Part shown: piece by piece, positions 39,497 through 48,288 of the stretch
Layout: the number at the start of each line of letters is the position of its first letter
How positions within the stretch are numbered: the first letter of the stretch is position 1
From: Clostridiales bacterium
GTDB taxonomy: Bacteria; Bacillota; Clostridia; Christensenellales; UBA1242
Direction of reading: 5' to 3'
Assembly (NCBI GenBank): GCA_015055605.1
Contig: SVHV01000002.1
Coordinates: 216,049-280,048, forward strand
DNA length: 64,000 nt
Position numbers and translations under genes: made by a program
The notes under the pieces: generated by a model
What the model saw: only the letters and a program-made list of their open reading frames with translations
The model's database searches: none
Told to the model about the DNA's origin: nothing

Positions 39497-40751
39497 GATG
39501 ACCTCCTACCATTGTATTTCTCTCTCGTTGGGTTGATTTTTCAAAGAAGTCTATACCTTTTAAGATGGCATTTTTGCCGAAAGTGTCTTGAATAGAGAGT
39601 ATGCTCTTAGTTAGATTTTTTTGTTTGGATACTTTTTTAATGTCTGTAAAGAGGTCATAAGATTCACATTCCTCAGATTGCAATTCTGCAAAGTCGTAGC
39701 CTATTTTTCTAATAGGTCTTTTTCTATCTACGATTTTATCAAAAAGATTAGATACATAAGGCTCAATCTCGGTATATAGGTTGGTGGTAATGGGCATACG
39801 AATAGTGCCTTTTGCGAAGTTTTCTCTATCGTCTCCATAGCCTATTAGGATATGAATAAGACTGGTTACTTGTTTTTCTCTAAAGAGGTCGTAACAGCCA
39901 TTCTGGAGCATTTCTTTCAGTATAATTTTTGCGTCAATATAACTATAATCGCAGGGTAGTATTTGAGATGAAGACATTGATTTTGAGGCTGGTTTGTGTG
40001 CTTTGATATCTGACATTAGGCAGGTTTCTATTCCTTTTGCGTGGTCAATGAGTAGTTCGGCATTGATTCCAAATTCTCTATATAATATATCTTCGTCCAT
40101 AGTTGCTATTCCGTACATATCTGTTATTCCGTATTTAGCAAGCCTTGTGCTAATACCTCTCGATATTCCCCAAAAGTCGCTTAAGGGTTTGTGGTGCCAG
40201 AGGGTTTCTCTAAAGAGTTGTTCGGTTAGAAATCCTATATGATTAGGTTTATGCTTTGCTGTTATATCTAGTGCAATTTTGGCTAGATACATATTAGTTC
40301 CGATACCAGCAGAGGCTGGGATTCTAAGGGTGGACCATATCTCGTCCATTAGTTTTTTTGCAAATGATACGGGGGTTAATTTGTATATTTTTAGATAATC
40401 GGTTGCATCTATGAAACACTCATCTATGGAGTATACAAAGATATCGCTAGAGTCTATGTACTTTAGGTATATTCCATAGATTTCTGATGCGTATTTGATG
40501 TATTTTTTCATTTGGGGCTTGGCTATTATATACTCTAGTTTTGGTGGGATTTCGAATAGTCTACATCTATTCTTTACGCCTAAGGCTTTCATTTTGGGTG
40601 ATACTGCTAGACAGATACTGCTCTCAGTCCTCTCTTTGTCAGCAACCACTAAGGGTGTAGTGTAGGGGTCTAACCCTCTCTCTGCACATTCAACTGATGC
40701 AAAAAAAGATTTCATATCTATAACGAAATATATTCTATTCTTAGTTGCCAT
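39489..40751 (-). CDS. Y-family (ImpB/UmuC/UvrX-like) translesion DNA polymerase
   Basis: YFVIDMKSFFASVECAERGLDP catalytic N-terminus, SIDECFID motif. Confidence 0.85.
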   Translation of the reverse strand: MATKNRIYFVIDMKSFFASVECAERGLDPYTTPLVVADKERTESSICLAVSPKMKALGVKNRCRLFEIPPKLEYIIAKPQMKKYIKYASEIYGIYLKYIDSSDIFVYSIDECFIDATDYLKIYKLTPVSFAKKLMDEIWSTLRIPASAGIGTNMYLAKIALDITAKHKPNHIGFLTEQLFRETLWHHKPLSDFWGISRGISTRLAKYGITDMYGIATMDEDILYREFGINAELLIDHAKGIETCLMSDIKAHKPASKSMSSSQILPCDYSYIDAKIILKEMLQNGCYDLFREKQVTSLIHILIGYGDDRENFAKGTIRMPITTNLYTEIEPYVSNLFDKIVDRKRPIRKIGYDFAELQSEECESYDLFTDIKKVSKQKNLTKSILSIQDTFGKNAILKGIDFFEKSTQRERNTMVGGHRG

Positions 40752-40776
40752 CAGTTACTCCTTATTTTCACATATA

Positions 40777-40789
40777 AAACATTTGTTCG
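40777..40789 (-). promoter_or_regulatory. Putative LexA (Cheo/SOS) box CGAACAAATGTTT just downstream of a TATAAT -10
   Basis: Minus strand TATAAT(40800-40795)-ATTAT-CGAACAAATGTTT; matches GAAC-N4-GTTC in 7 of 8 core positions. Confidence 0.55.
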
Positions 40790-40977
40790 ATAATATTATA
40801 GCATATAAAAAATATTTTGGAACTGATTTTGATAAAGAAAATTAAAATATGAATAGGAAATTATTGTAAAAGAGATAATTGCATAATTTAACAAAGTTAA
40901 AAAATGTGTATAAGGGGTGGTTTTGGTTTTGAAAAAAATAAATTTGCTGTTACAATACAAGGTGTATAAGGTGTGAT

Positions 40978-42465
40978 ATGCAATTTAAATTACTTAATTT
41001 TCATAAATTTGTAGCAAACTTTGCAACATCATTAGTTGGAACATTTATTCCTCTTATGATATACAAGACAACGGGTAATATTAGACTCGCTGTGCTCTTT
41101 CTTTTTGGACAGAGTTTGTTTAGAATGATAGGAAATCATTTATTTAAGAAGTCATATTCAAAAAAACCTCAACTTATGCTTATTCTCAGAGTTATACCTC
41201 TGCTAATATATAATATCAGCCTGATATTCCTAGAAGATTTTATGGTTGTGGGAATCATAATTATCAGTATTAGTTACGGTATCAGTGTTTCGATTAAGAA
41301 TAATGCTAATGGTGTGTTGCTTAATTATTCTAGTCAAAAGAAATCTCAGAAAAATCTAACATTTACCAGAGTGGTTGATGCTCTTAGTGCTATTGTTGCC
41401 GCGATTGCCGGTGGTATCTTTATCGACTGGAACCAAACAGTCTTAATTATATTTAGTATTTCTTTGTACTTAATCAGTGTTGCACCATTATTTATTTACT
41501 ACTTGAGTAATAGAAAGAAGAAGGGCTTTAACAAAGACTTTACTTCAAATGCTGCAATCTTGTATGACAAAGAGCCTGAACTTAAAGAAAAAAGAAAGGG
41601 TATTGTTAGATACTATCTACTTCAATATTTCATTTTCTACTCAGTATTCTGTGTAATTGATAACTTTACAAATATGTATACCCTTCACTTATTTATATCG
41701 GTACCTACATTTGCAAAAGCTGGTTACTTAACAGCAATGTTCCAGGTTGCTAATCTTCTAGGTGTTCTAAGTATTAATACAATTACTAAGAAGTTTGACT
41801 TAAAAACTGCAAATACAATCTGTGGTATTATATGTGCTATACCTCTAGGTATTATTCCTTTTATTCAGAATAATACAGTTGTATATATCTTATTCTTCAT
41901 ATTTGGATTTACTTATGCAATTTGTTCATTCTTTATGATGAATTCACTTATGACTAAGTGTAAGATAGTGGGCTGTACAAATAGGACACTACTCACAAGG
42001 CAAGACGGTATCGTTACAGGTCAATTAGTTAACCCTATAATTGTTATGATTTTTGGTACAATTACTCCTGTGTTCTTTGTAATGGTAGGAGCGCTCATTG
42101 TATATGCTATCTATACATTTGTAGTTGAAGACAAGTTGAGAGAAAGACTAGTAGACTATCTACAGAATAATGAAATAGAGACATCGGGTGGTTCTCGTAG
42201 AAAGAGGACTTCTAAACCTAAAACCACTCCAACTACTAAAGTAAAGGTTAATGTAGATACAAAGGTAGAGTCTAAGGGGACTACAGAAAAGGGTGTAGAG
42301 ACTAAATCTAAAGAAGAGAAAAAAGAAACTGTAGAAAAGTCTAAAACTACAGATTCAAAATCAGACACAATAACTAAAACTACGGCTACTACAAAGAAAG
42401 CTGTAGCAGATGGCGAAAAAGAAACAGTTAAAAAGGCCACAGAGAAAAAAGTTTCTGATAAATAA
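40978..42465 (+). CDS. MFS-type transporter with Lys/Thr-rich low-complexity C-terminal tail
   Basis: About 12 hydrophobic helices; tail of roughly 100 aa rich in K, T, E. Confidence 0.65.
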   Translation: MQFKLLNFHKFVANFATSLVGTFIPLMIYKTTGNIRLAVLFLFGQSLFRMIGNHLFKKSYSKKPQLMLILRVIPLLIYNISLIFLEDFMVVGIIIISISYGISVSIKNNANGVLLNYSSQKKSQKNLTFTRVVDALSAIVAAIAGGIFIDWNQTVLIIFSISLYLISVAPLFIYYLSNRKKKGFNKDFTSNAAILYDKEPELKEKRKGIVRYYLLQYFIFYSVFCVIDNFTNMYTLHLFISVPTFAKAGYLTAMFQVANLLGVLSINTITKKFDLKTANTICGIICAIPLGIIPFIQNNTVVYILFFIFGFTYAICSFFMMNSLMTKCKIVGCTNRTLLTRQDGIVTGQLVNPIIVMIFGTITPVFFVMVGALIVYAIYTFVVEDKLRERLVDYLQNNEIETSGGSRRKRTSKPKTTPTTKVKVNVDTKVESKGTTEKGVETKSKEEKKETVEKSKTTDSKSDTITKTTATTKKAVADGEKETVKKATEKKVSDK

Positions 42466-42578
42466 TAAAAACACACTCTATGTGATTTTTTAGGGTGTGT
42501 TTTTTTGGTGTGGTGTGTATAATTTTTTGCTAAAAAGAAACAAATTTGTTATGATAAAAGAAAAAGGGGTTTTTGTAT

Positions 42579-43610
42579 ATGCAACACAAAATCGAAAAAC
42601 CAGGCAAGTTACTAGACGAATTTGGTAATATAACAGAGCCGGGATACGCAACTAGTCTAATCCTTGATTATGATAGAAAGGATATAAAGGCTGGTAAACT
42701 TAGAATCAAAGAATGGGATTATTATCTAGTATATAATGACGATTATGCAGTAGCATTAACTATTGCAGACAATAGTTATATGGGACTTATGAGTCTCTCT
42801 CTTATAGACTTTAAGACAGCAACTGAGACAACTAAATCTATAATGACCATACTTCCTAATGGAAAGACTAATCTTCCTAAGACTAGTAAAGAGGGAGATG
42901 TTAGATTTGAGAATAAGAAGTGTTGTTTTGAGTTTTTGAATGACGGTAAAGAGCGTAAACTTAAGTGTCTGTTCAAAAAGTTTAGAGATGACAAGGATAT
43001 GACTGTTGACTTTGTGCTCACAGACGAGCCTGAGGATAGTATGGTGATAGCAACACCTTTTGAGAAGCCTAAATATTTCTACTATAACCAAAAGATTGTT
43101 GGTATGAGAGCAGAGGGCAGAGTGACTCTAGGTGAAGAAGTTATAGACTTTAATGGCGATAAAACTGGTGCAATACTAGACTGGGGTAGAGGAGTTTGGA
43201 CATATAGCAATACATGGTACTGGGGCGCTGGTTGTGGTTTGGTAGATGGTAAGAAAGTTGGGTTCAATATCGGATACGGATTTGGTGATACTAGTGCTGC
43301 TAGTGAAAATATGGTTTTTTATGATGGCAAAGCACATAAACTTGATGGTGTAACATTTAATATTCCTAAAGATGAGAATGGCAAAGAAAAGTTTATGGAA
43401 GACTGGACCTTTACATCTACTGACGGTAGATTTGAGATGAGGTTTACTCCTATTATTGATAGAAGTTCATTTACTTCTGCAGTTGTTATATATTCTGACC
43501 AGCATCAGGTGTTTGGAAAATTCAATGGTACTATTATTCTTGATGATGGCAAAAAGGTAGAACTTAAGGACTATATCGGATTTGCAGAAAAAGTGATTAA
43601 TAAGTGGTAG
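42579..43610 (+). CDS. DUF2804-like protein
   Basis: KEWDYYLV near the N-terminus and size resemble DUF2804 family; motif-level call. Confidence 0.5.
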   Translation: MQHKIEKPGKLLDEFGNITEPGYATSLILDYDRKDIKAGKLRIKEWDYYLVYNDDYAVALTIADNSYMGLMSLSLIDFKTATETTKSIMTILPNGKTNLPKTSKEGDVRFENKKCCFEFLNDGKERKLKCLFKKFRDDKDMTVDFVLTDEPEDSMVIATPFEKPKYFYYNQKIVGMRAEGRVTLGEEVIDFNGDKTGAILDWGRGVWTYSNTWYWGAGCGLVDGKKVGFNIGYGFGDTSAASENMVFYDGKAHKLDGVTFNIPKDENGKEKFMEDWTFTSTDGRFEMRFTPIIDRSSFTSAVVIYSDQHQVFGKFNGTIILDDGKKVELKDYIGFAEKVINKW

Positions 43611-43615
43611 AATAA

Positions 43616-43651
43616 AGAAAAAGACCTTACAAATAAGTAAGGTCTTTTTTT
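43616..43651. terminator. Bidirectional terminator
   Basis: AGACCTTAC-6nt-GTAAGGTCT flanked by A and T runs. Confidence 0.75.
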
Positions 43652-43659
43652 GTTATGTA

Positions 43660-44208
43660 TTAGCCTATCATCATGATTATAACAGCGATAAGTGCTACAA
43701 ATCCTGCAACATAGAATAGTCCATCTTTTGTAGAGAAAAGATATGACATTAACATTCTAGCATTTTTACCACGACTAGGGTCTTTGATTTTAATCTTTGA
43801 ATCCGGAGGAGTTTGTGTTGTTGGGTTTGTGCCTAGTGTTGGAGTTGTAGGTGCAGAAAATGTTGTTGGCTCCTCTACAAAAGTGTTTGTAGGAGTATAA
43901 GGAACGGTTGCTAATTCTACAGGAGCAGTATCCATCTCTTCAGTATAGTCGTAGTCATAGTCTTCAGTCATAACTGGCTCAAAGTCTTCTACCACCTCTT
44001 GAGGAACTTCGTCAGAAACAACAGGGGCAGGTCTTAGACTTTGTTTACGATTGTAATGGTCTAATACTTCTCTCCTTAGGGCCTCTTTCTTTTCTCTTTC
44101 TGCACTAGTTTCAGTTTTAGCAGGTGCTTTTTTTGTAGTAGACGCCTTGCTAGTAGTCTTTGTGCTGGTCTTTTTTGTAGTGGTTTTTGTTTCTTTTTCT
44201 TCTGCCAT
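43660..44208 (-). CDS. Hypothetical C-terminally anchored protein with Thr/Lys/Pro-rich region
   Basis: Low-complexity N-half, single C-terminal TM (LFYVAGFVALIAVIIMMIG). Confidence 0.5.
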   Translation of the reverse strand: MAEEKETKTTTKKTSTKTTSKASTTKKAPAKTETSAEREKKEALRREVLDHYNRKQSLRPAPVVSDEVPQEVVEDFEPVMTEDYDYDYTEEMDTAPVELATVPYTPTNTFVEEPTTFSAPTTPTLGTNPTTQTPPDSKIKIKDPSRGKNARMLMSYLFSTKDGLFYVAGFVALIAVIIMMIG

Positions 44209-44241
44209 ATAAAACTCCTTATATTTAAGAAATGATATGTC

Positions 44242-44934
44242 TTAGGTGTATAGTACAACCTGTATATTTTTACTTTTGTGTGTTGCAGGGGTTGATGTGT
44301 TGTAATTAGAGTAGAACTCTATGTTTGCAAAACCTAATCTTTCAGCAATCTTCTTTATTTTGTGCATTTTAAAGATTTTAAATGTATGAGTGTCTATCAT
44401 GGTTTCGTTGTCTACTTTATATGTAATAGTTGTATACTCCTTATTACATAGATGACAGACTTTCCATTTCATTTGTCTAGTAGCCCCGTCTATGTTGTCT
44501 ACCTTTTCGCCACTGTGCTGAGGGTTGTGTAAGTCTAGAATGATTATTCCTCCCTCTTTTAAGTGTTCTTTTAGATTACATAGAGCAGACTGAAGTTCTT
44601 TGTAGTTGCGTAAGTGATTAAATACTGCAAAGAATGATATAATTGCATCATAATGAATTTTTGAAGAAAAGTCAAGCAAACTAGCTATAGTGAAGTTTCC
44701 TTCAACTTTTTTTATAGCAATACTTAGCATATCTGGACTTAGGTCAAAGCCGTCAGTTTTAAATCCTAACGAGTTTAGTTCTTTGCAGTGACTACCAGTG
44801 CCACAGCCGGCATCTAGTATATGCGAGTGTGGGTTTAAGAAGTGTGCTATAAATTTTGCCTCTCTCTTGTAGTCTTTATGAGCATAAAATTTATCATAAA
44901 GTGCAGACATTTTGCCATATTCCAGATTGTCCAT
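44242..44934 (-). CDS. Class I SAM-dependent methyltransferase
   Basis: Motif I ILDAGCGTGSH; motif post-I DGFDLS. Confidence 0.8.
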   Translation of the reverse strand: MDNLEYGKMSALYDKFYAHKDYKREAKFIAHFLNPHSHILDAGCGTGSHCKELNSLGFKTDGFDLSPDMLSIAIKKVEGNFTIASLLDFSSKIHYDAIISFFAVFNHLRNYKELQSALCNLKEHLKEGGIIILDLHNPQHSGEKVDNIDGATRQMKWKVCHLCNKEYTTITYKVDNETMIDTHTFKIFKMHKIKKIAERLGFANIEFYSNYNTSTPATHKSKNIQVVLYT

Positions 44935-44964
44935 TATGTGCTCCTAATAGGTTTAGTATGCTTG

Positions 44965-45306
44965 CTATCTAATTATTACAGACTCGAAGTATTGTTCTTG
45001 AAATTCAGTCAGTGCTCTTATCTGGTCGTCTGTATAATTTCTGCCCTCAGCCATAACTACGAGTTTATCATCATTATCGTTAGTTCTATGGATAATTGCT
45101 ATAACTGTACCTGTAAAAGACTGTAATGGTTTATGCTCTCCTAAAACATAAGCATCTAGTTCTTCACCGTCACCAGATATGGTGTTGGGGATAAATCCAT
45201 AGTTGACAGGGTATACAAAACCATGTTTTGGGTGAATAGTGCCTAGAGGTCTATCCATCTCCACTGTAACACTTTTGCCTAAATAATCTATAGTTTCTAT
45301 TTCCAT
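44965..45306 (-). CDS. Short inorganic-pyrophosphatase-like protein (113 aa)
   Basis: YPVNYGFIPNTISGDGEELDAYVL parallels the ppa core [24 protein letters not shown] but the protein is about 70 aa shorter. Confidence 0.55.
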   Translation of the reverse strand: MEIETIDYLGKSVTVEMDRPLGTIHPKHGFVYPVNYGFIPNTISGDGEELDAYVLGEHKPLQSFTGTVIAIIHRTNDNDDKLVVMAEGRNYTDDQIRALTEFQEQYFESVIIR

Positions 45307-45402
45307 ATTTCACCTACTATTACGACTTTAGTATAACATAAAAATTCGCTTAGTCATACAAAAATAACTTATATTTTTATATATCAAAACGCTATTTAGG
45401 GT

Positions 45403-45433
45403 AAAAAGAAAGCCATAGAGTATCTATGACTTT
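45403..45433 (-). terminator. Probable intrinsic terminator
   Basis: 10-bp stem with one mismatch, T-run on the minus strand. Confidence 0.45.
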
Positions 45434-45439
45434 GGTTTT

Positions 45440-46198
45440 TTATAATTGACTAGCCTCTCTATATAGTTCTTCAACGAACCACACAAAGTCCTCTCGGCTT
45501 AAGTTTGAGCCTCTAGGAGGGAAACATTCTAAGCAATTAGATGTGCCTTCGATTTGACGCAATTTTTCTACATACAATTTGCAGTCTATCTCACCTCTAG
45601 TTGGTATTTCGTGTGTGTCTTTTCCGAAATTGTTGTGTATGTGACTGCACTTGATATATTTCTCAAATTGTTTAAAAATCTTCTCAGTATCTCCGTAACT
45701 ATGAGCGTGTCCTAAGTCGTAGCAAAATCCTACATTAGGTAGGTTTAGGCTGAGTAGAGTAGTTAGATTTTCGTTGACTCTAACATTTTCTAGACATAAG
45801 TAGACATCTGTTCCAGCAAACTTAGACATCATCTGAGTAAATTTATCAATTTGGTCTTGTGTTAGATTTGGTGGTGTGTCGCTTTTTGATGCGTGTGCGA
45901 CTACATACGGAATATTTAGTTTAAGAGCCTCGTCTAGTTTTTCTGACAAATATGTTAGGTATCTATTAGTGGTTTCTTCGTCATACATATTGGCGATATT
46001 ATAGTCAATATGAACTTGCCTTACTTTTAGGTCTATTTGTCTTGCGTAGTTGATTATGTCTAAGTATGATTCCTATGGTCTATTGTGTGCATCATCTAAG
46101 TATAAGGCAAACTCTTTAAATCCTGCATTTTTGTATATGTCTAGTCTAGCCTTGTAGTCTAGGTTTGAGCATATATTTAAGTCGTATATTCCAAGCAT
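45440..46198 (-). pseudogene. Xylose-isomerase-like TIM-barrel (sugar phosphate isomerase/epimerase / AP-endonuclease 2 family) gene interrupted by an in-frame TAG at 46075-46073
   Basis: ATG 46198 behind RBS GGAGACAGAG; 41 codons, TAG, then the same frame runs into ORF 45440-45988; motifs VVAHAS, LCLEN, DLGHAH. Confidence 0.6.
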
Positions 46199-46371
46199 CT
46201 CTGTCTCCTTTTTTATATTAAAAACCAAAACAGATTTTTAGTCAATTCTTTTGTGATGTGCTGTATAGTATTTATATATTATATTTTATAATACTATTGT
46301 TGTACATATTTTCTTGACTTGTACATAAATTATTTTTTATAATATATGTACTAATAAAAGGTGGGGATAAT

Positions 46372-48273
46372 ATGACTGCCACATCAACTAAGAAAGGAAA
46401 AATAATCGCAGCAGTATGCTTTGTGGTCGTAGTAATCGGCTTGGCTTTTTTCTTGTTTTCTGGAGATAATTTTGATGTGTTAAAAGAGATTTTCTCCACA
46501 TCTGCTACTAAAGAGCAGGTTCAAAACTCTATTGAGAAATTAGGAATTAGAGCATATATTGTTGTACTCATAATATCTATGTTACAAGTGGTGCTAACAT
46601 TTGTTCCTGCAGAGCCTCTTCATGTTATTTCTGGTATCAGTTTTGGTTTGTGGAAGGGTATGGCGGTATGTCTAATAGGCATATTGATAGGTAATACCAT
46701 TGTGTATCTTTTATACAAAATTTATGGTGCTAGACTTACTGATTATTTTGCTGCTAATGTCGACTTTGATTTTAGTTCAGCTGGGGCATCTAATAGACTA
46801 GCACTAATAGTAATTATCTTATACTGCTTGCCTGCAATACCTTATGGAATTATATGTTTCTTCGCCGCATCTATGGGAATGAAATATCACAAGTATATCT
46901 TTATTACAGGTATCGGTGCGATACCGTCATTATTTTTAGATGTTGGTTTGGGACACTTGACTATGTCTACTAGTTGGACGATTTCCATTATTGTATTTGT
47001 TGTAATAATTATCCTCTTGATACTAATGTGTAAGTATAAGACACAGATATTTGCAAAGGTAAATGAGTTTGTTAGAAGAAGTAGAGAAAAAGCACAGAAC
47101 AAAGTTGGTAAATACAATCCATTTGTATACTGGTGTGCTAGTAGCTTGGTTTTAGCAACTATTAGGAGCAAAGTAAAAATCAAACTAAAGAATAATGTTG
47201 GTAAACTAAGCAAGCCTTGTATAGTTCTTAGTAATCATGGTTCGTTCTTTGATTTTGTTTATTCGGGGAAATTACTCTATAAGGAACAGCCACACTTTAT
47301 CGTGGCTAGAATGTATTTTCACCATAAATGGTTGAGGTTTATTTTAGAGCGAACAGGTGCATTTCCTAAGAGTATGTATTCGACAGATATAGACAATGTA
47401 AAGAATTGTCTAAAGGTTATGTCTGGTGGTGGGGTTTTGGCTATGATGCCTGAGGCTAGGCTATCAACTATAGGTAGATTTGAGGATATTCAAGACGCCA
47501 CATATAAGTTTATTCAGAAAGTTAATGTGCCGGTGTATACTATCAAGATTAATGGTGGATACCTTGCTAAACCTAAGTGGGGAAATAAGATTAGAAAGGG
47601 TGCTGTTGTAGAGGCTGAACTAAATCAATTATTTGGTGATGGAGAGTCACAGACAATATCTCTTGCAGAGGTGAAGGCTCGTGTAGATGAGGCTCTAACA
47701 TTCAATGAATGGGAGTGGCTAGATAATCACCCAGAGATTAGATACAAGACTAAAACTATTGCAGAGGGATTAGAGAATGTTCTAATTGTATGCCCTAAGT
47801 GTGGTAGTAAATATTCACTCACAACATCTAGAAACCATATTGCATGTGAGCATTGTGATTTGTCAGTAGATATGGATAATAGATATGCTTTACATGGGGT
47901 GGAGTTTAAGAATATTGCTGAGTGGTACGATTGGCAATGTGATGTGTTTAGAAAAGAATTAAAGAAGAAAAAATTTGCTCTTGAGAGTGAGGTGGAACTC
48001 AGACACTTGTCTGAAAATGGCAAGAGGTGTACTAGATATGCAGGTAAAGGTGTGTGTACACTAGACAGGGAGGGACTAAAGTATGTAGGAACTCAAGATG
48101 GCACAAAGATAGAAAAATTCTTCCCTCTTGAGAATATTCACAGAATCCTCTTTGGTGCAGGAGAAGACTTTGAAATTTATGATGGTAAGGAATTATATTA
48201 TTTCGTACCTGAGAACAAGAGAAGTTCGGTGGCATGGTATATTGTGAGTGGGCTTCTAAAAGAAAAAGATTAA
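46372..48273 (+). CDS. Fusion protein: TVP38/TMEM64 (DedA/VTT) membrane domain + PlsC-type acyltransferase + C-terminal zinc-ribbon region
   Basis: N-terminal multi-TM region; HX4D acyltransferase motif NHGSFFD and MPEARLS block; CPKCGS...CEHC zinc ribbon. Confidence 0.65.
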   Translation: MTATSTKKGKIIAAVCFVVVVIGLAFFLFSGDNFDVLKEIFSTSATKEQVQNSIEKLGIRAYIVVLIISMLQVVLTFVPAEPLHVISGISFGLWKGMAVCLIGILIGNTIVYLLYKIYGARLTDYFAANVDFDFSSAGASNRLALIVIILYCLPAIPYGIICFFAASMGMKYHKYIFITGIGAIPSLFLDVGLGHLTMSTSWTISIIVFVVIIILLILMCKYKTQIFAKVNEFVRRSREKAQNKVGKYNPFVYWCASSLVLATIRSKVKIKLKNNVGKLSKPCIVLSNHGSFFDFVYSGKLLYKEQPHFIVARMYFHHKWLRFILERTGAFPKSMYSTDIDNVKNCLKVMSGGGVLAMMPEARLSTIGRFEDIQDATYKFIQKVNVPVYTIKINGGYLAKPKWGNKIRKGAVVEAELNQLFGDGESQTISLAEVKARVDEALTFNEWEWLDNHPEIRYKTKTIAEGLENVLIVCPKCGSKYSLTTSRNHIACEHCDLSVDMDNRYALHGVEFKNIAEWYDWQCDVFRKELKKKKFALESEVELRHLSENGKRCTRYAGKGVCTLDREGLKYVGTQDGTKIEKFFPLENIHRILFGAGEDFEIYDGKELYYFVPENKRSSVAWYIVSGLLKEKD

Positions 48274-48288
48274 AGAAGATATTTGCCT

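Noticed and set aside
42165-42465. Lys/Thr/Glu-rich tails of the MFS protein and of the neighbouring 43660-44208 protein considered as a shared repeat domain
   Set aside because: This is compositional low complexity without a definable repeat unit. The similarity is due to composition only.
46073-46075. In-frame TAG considered as pyrrolysine or genetic-code reassignment
   Set aside because: TAG terminates several well-defined genes in this window (for example aspS at 12960 and the YhhN gene at 3165). No pyl genes are seen. A nonsense mutation or sequencing error is more likely.
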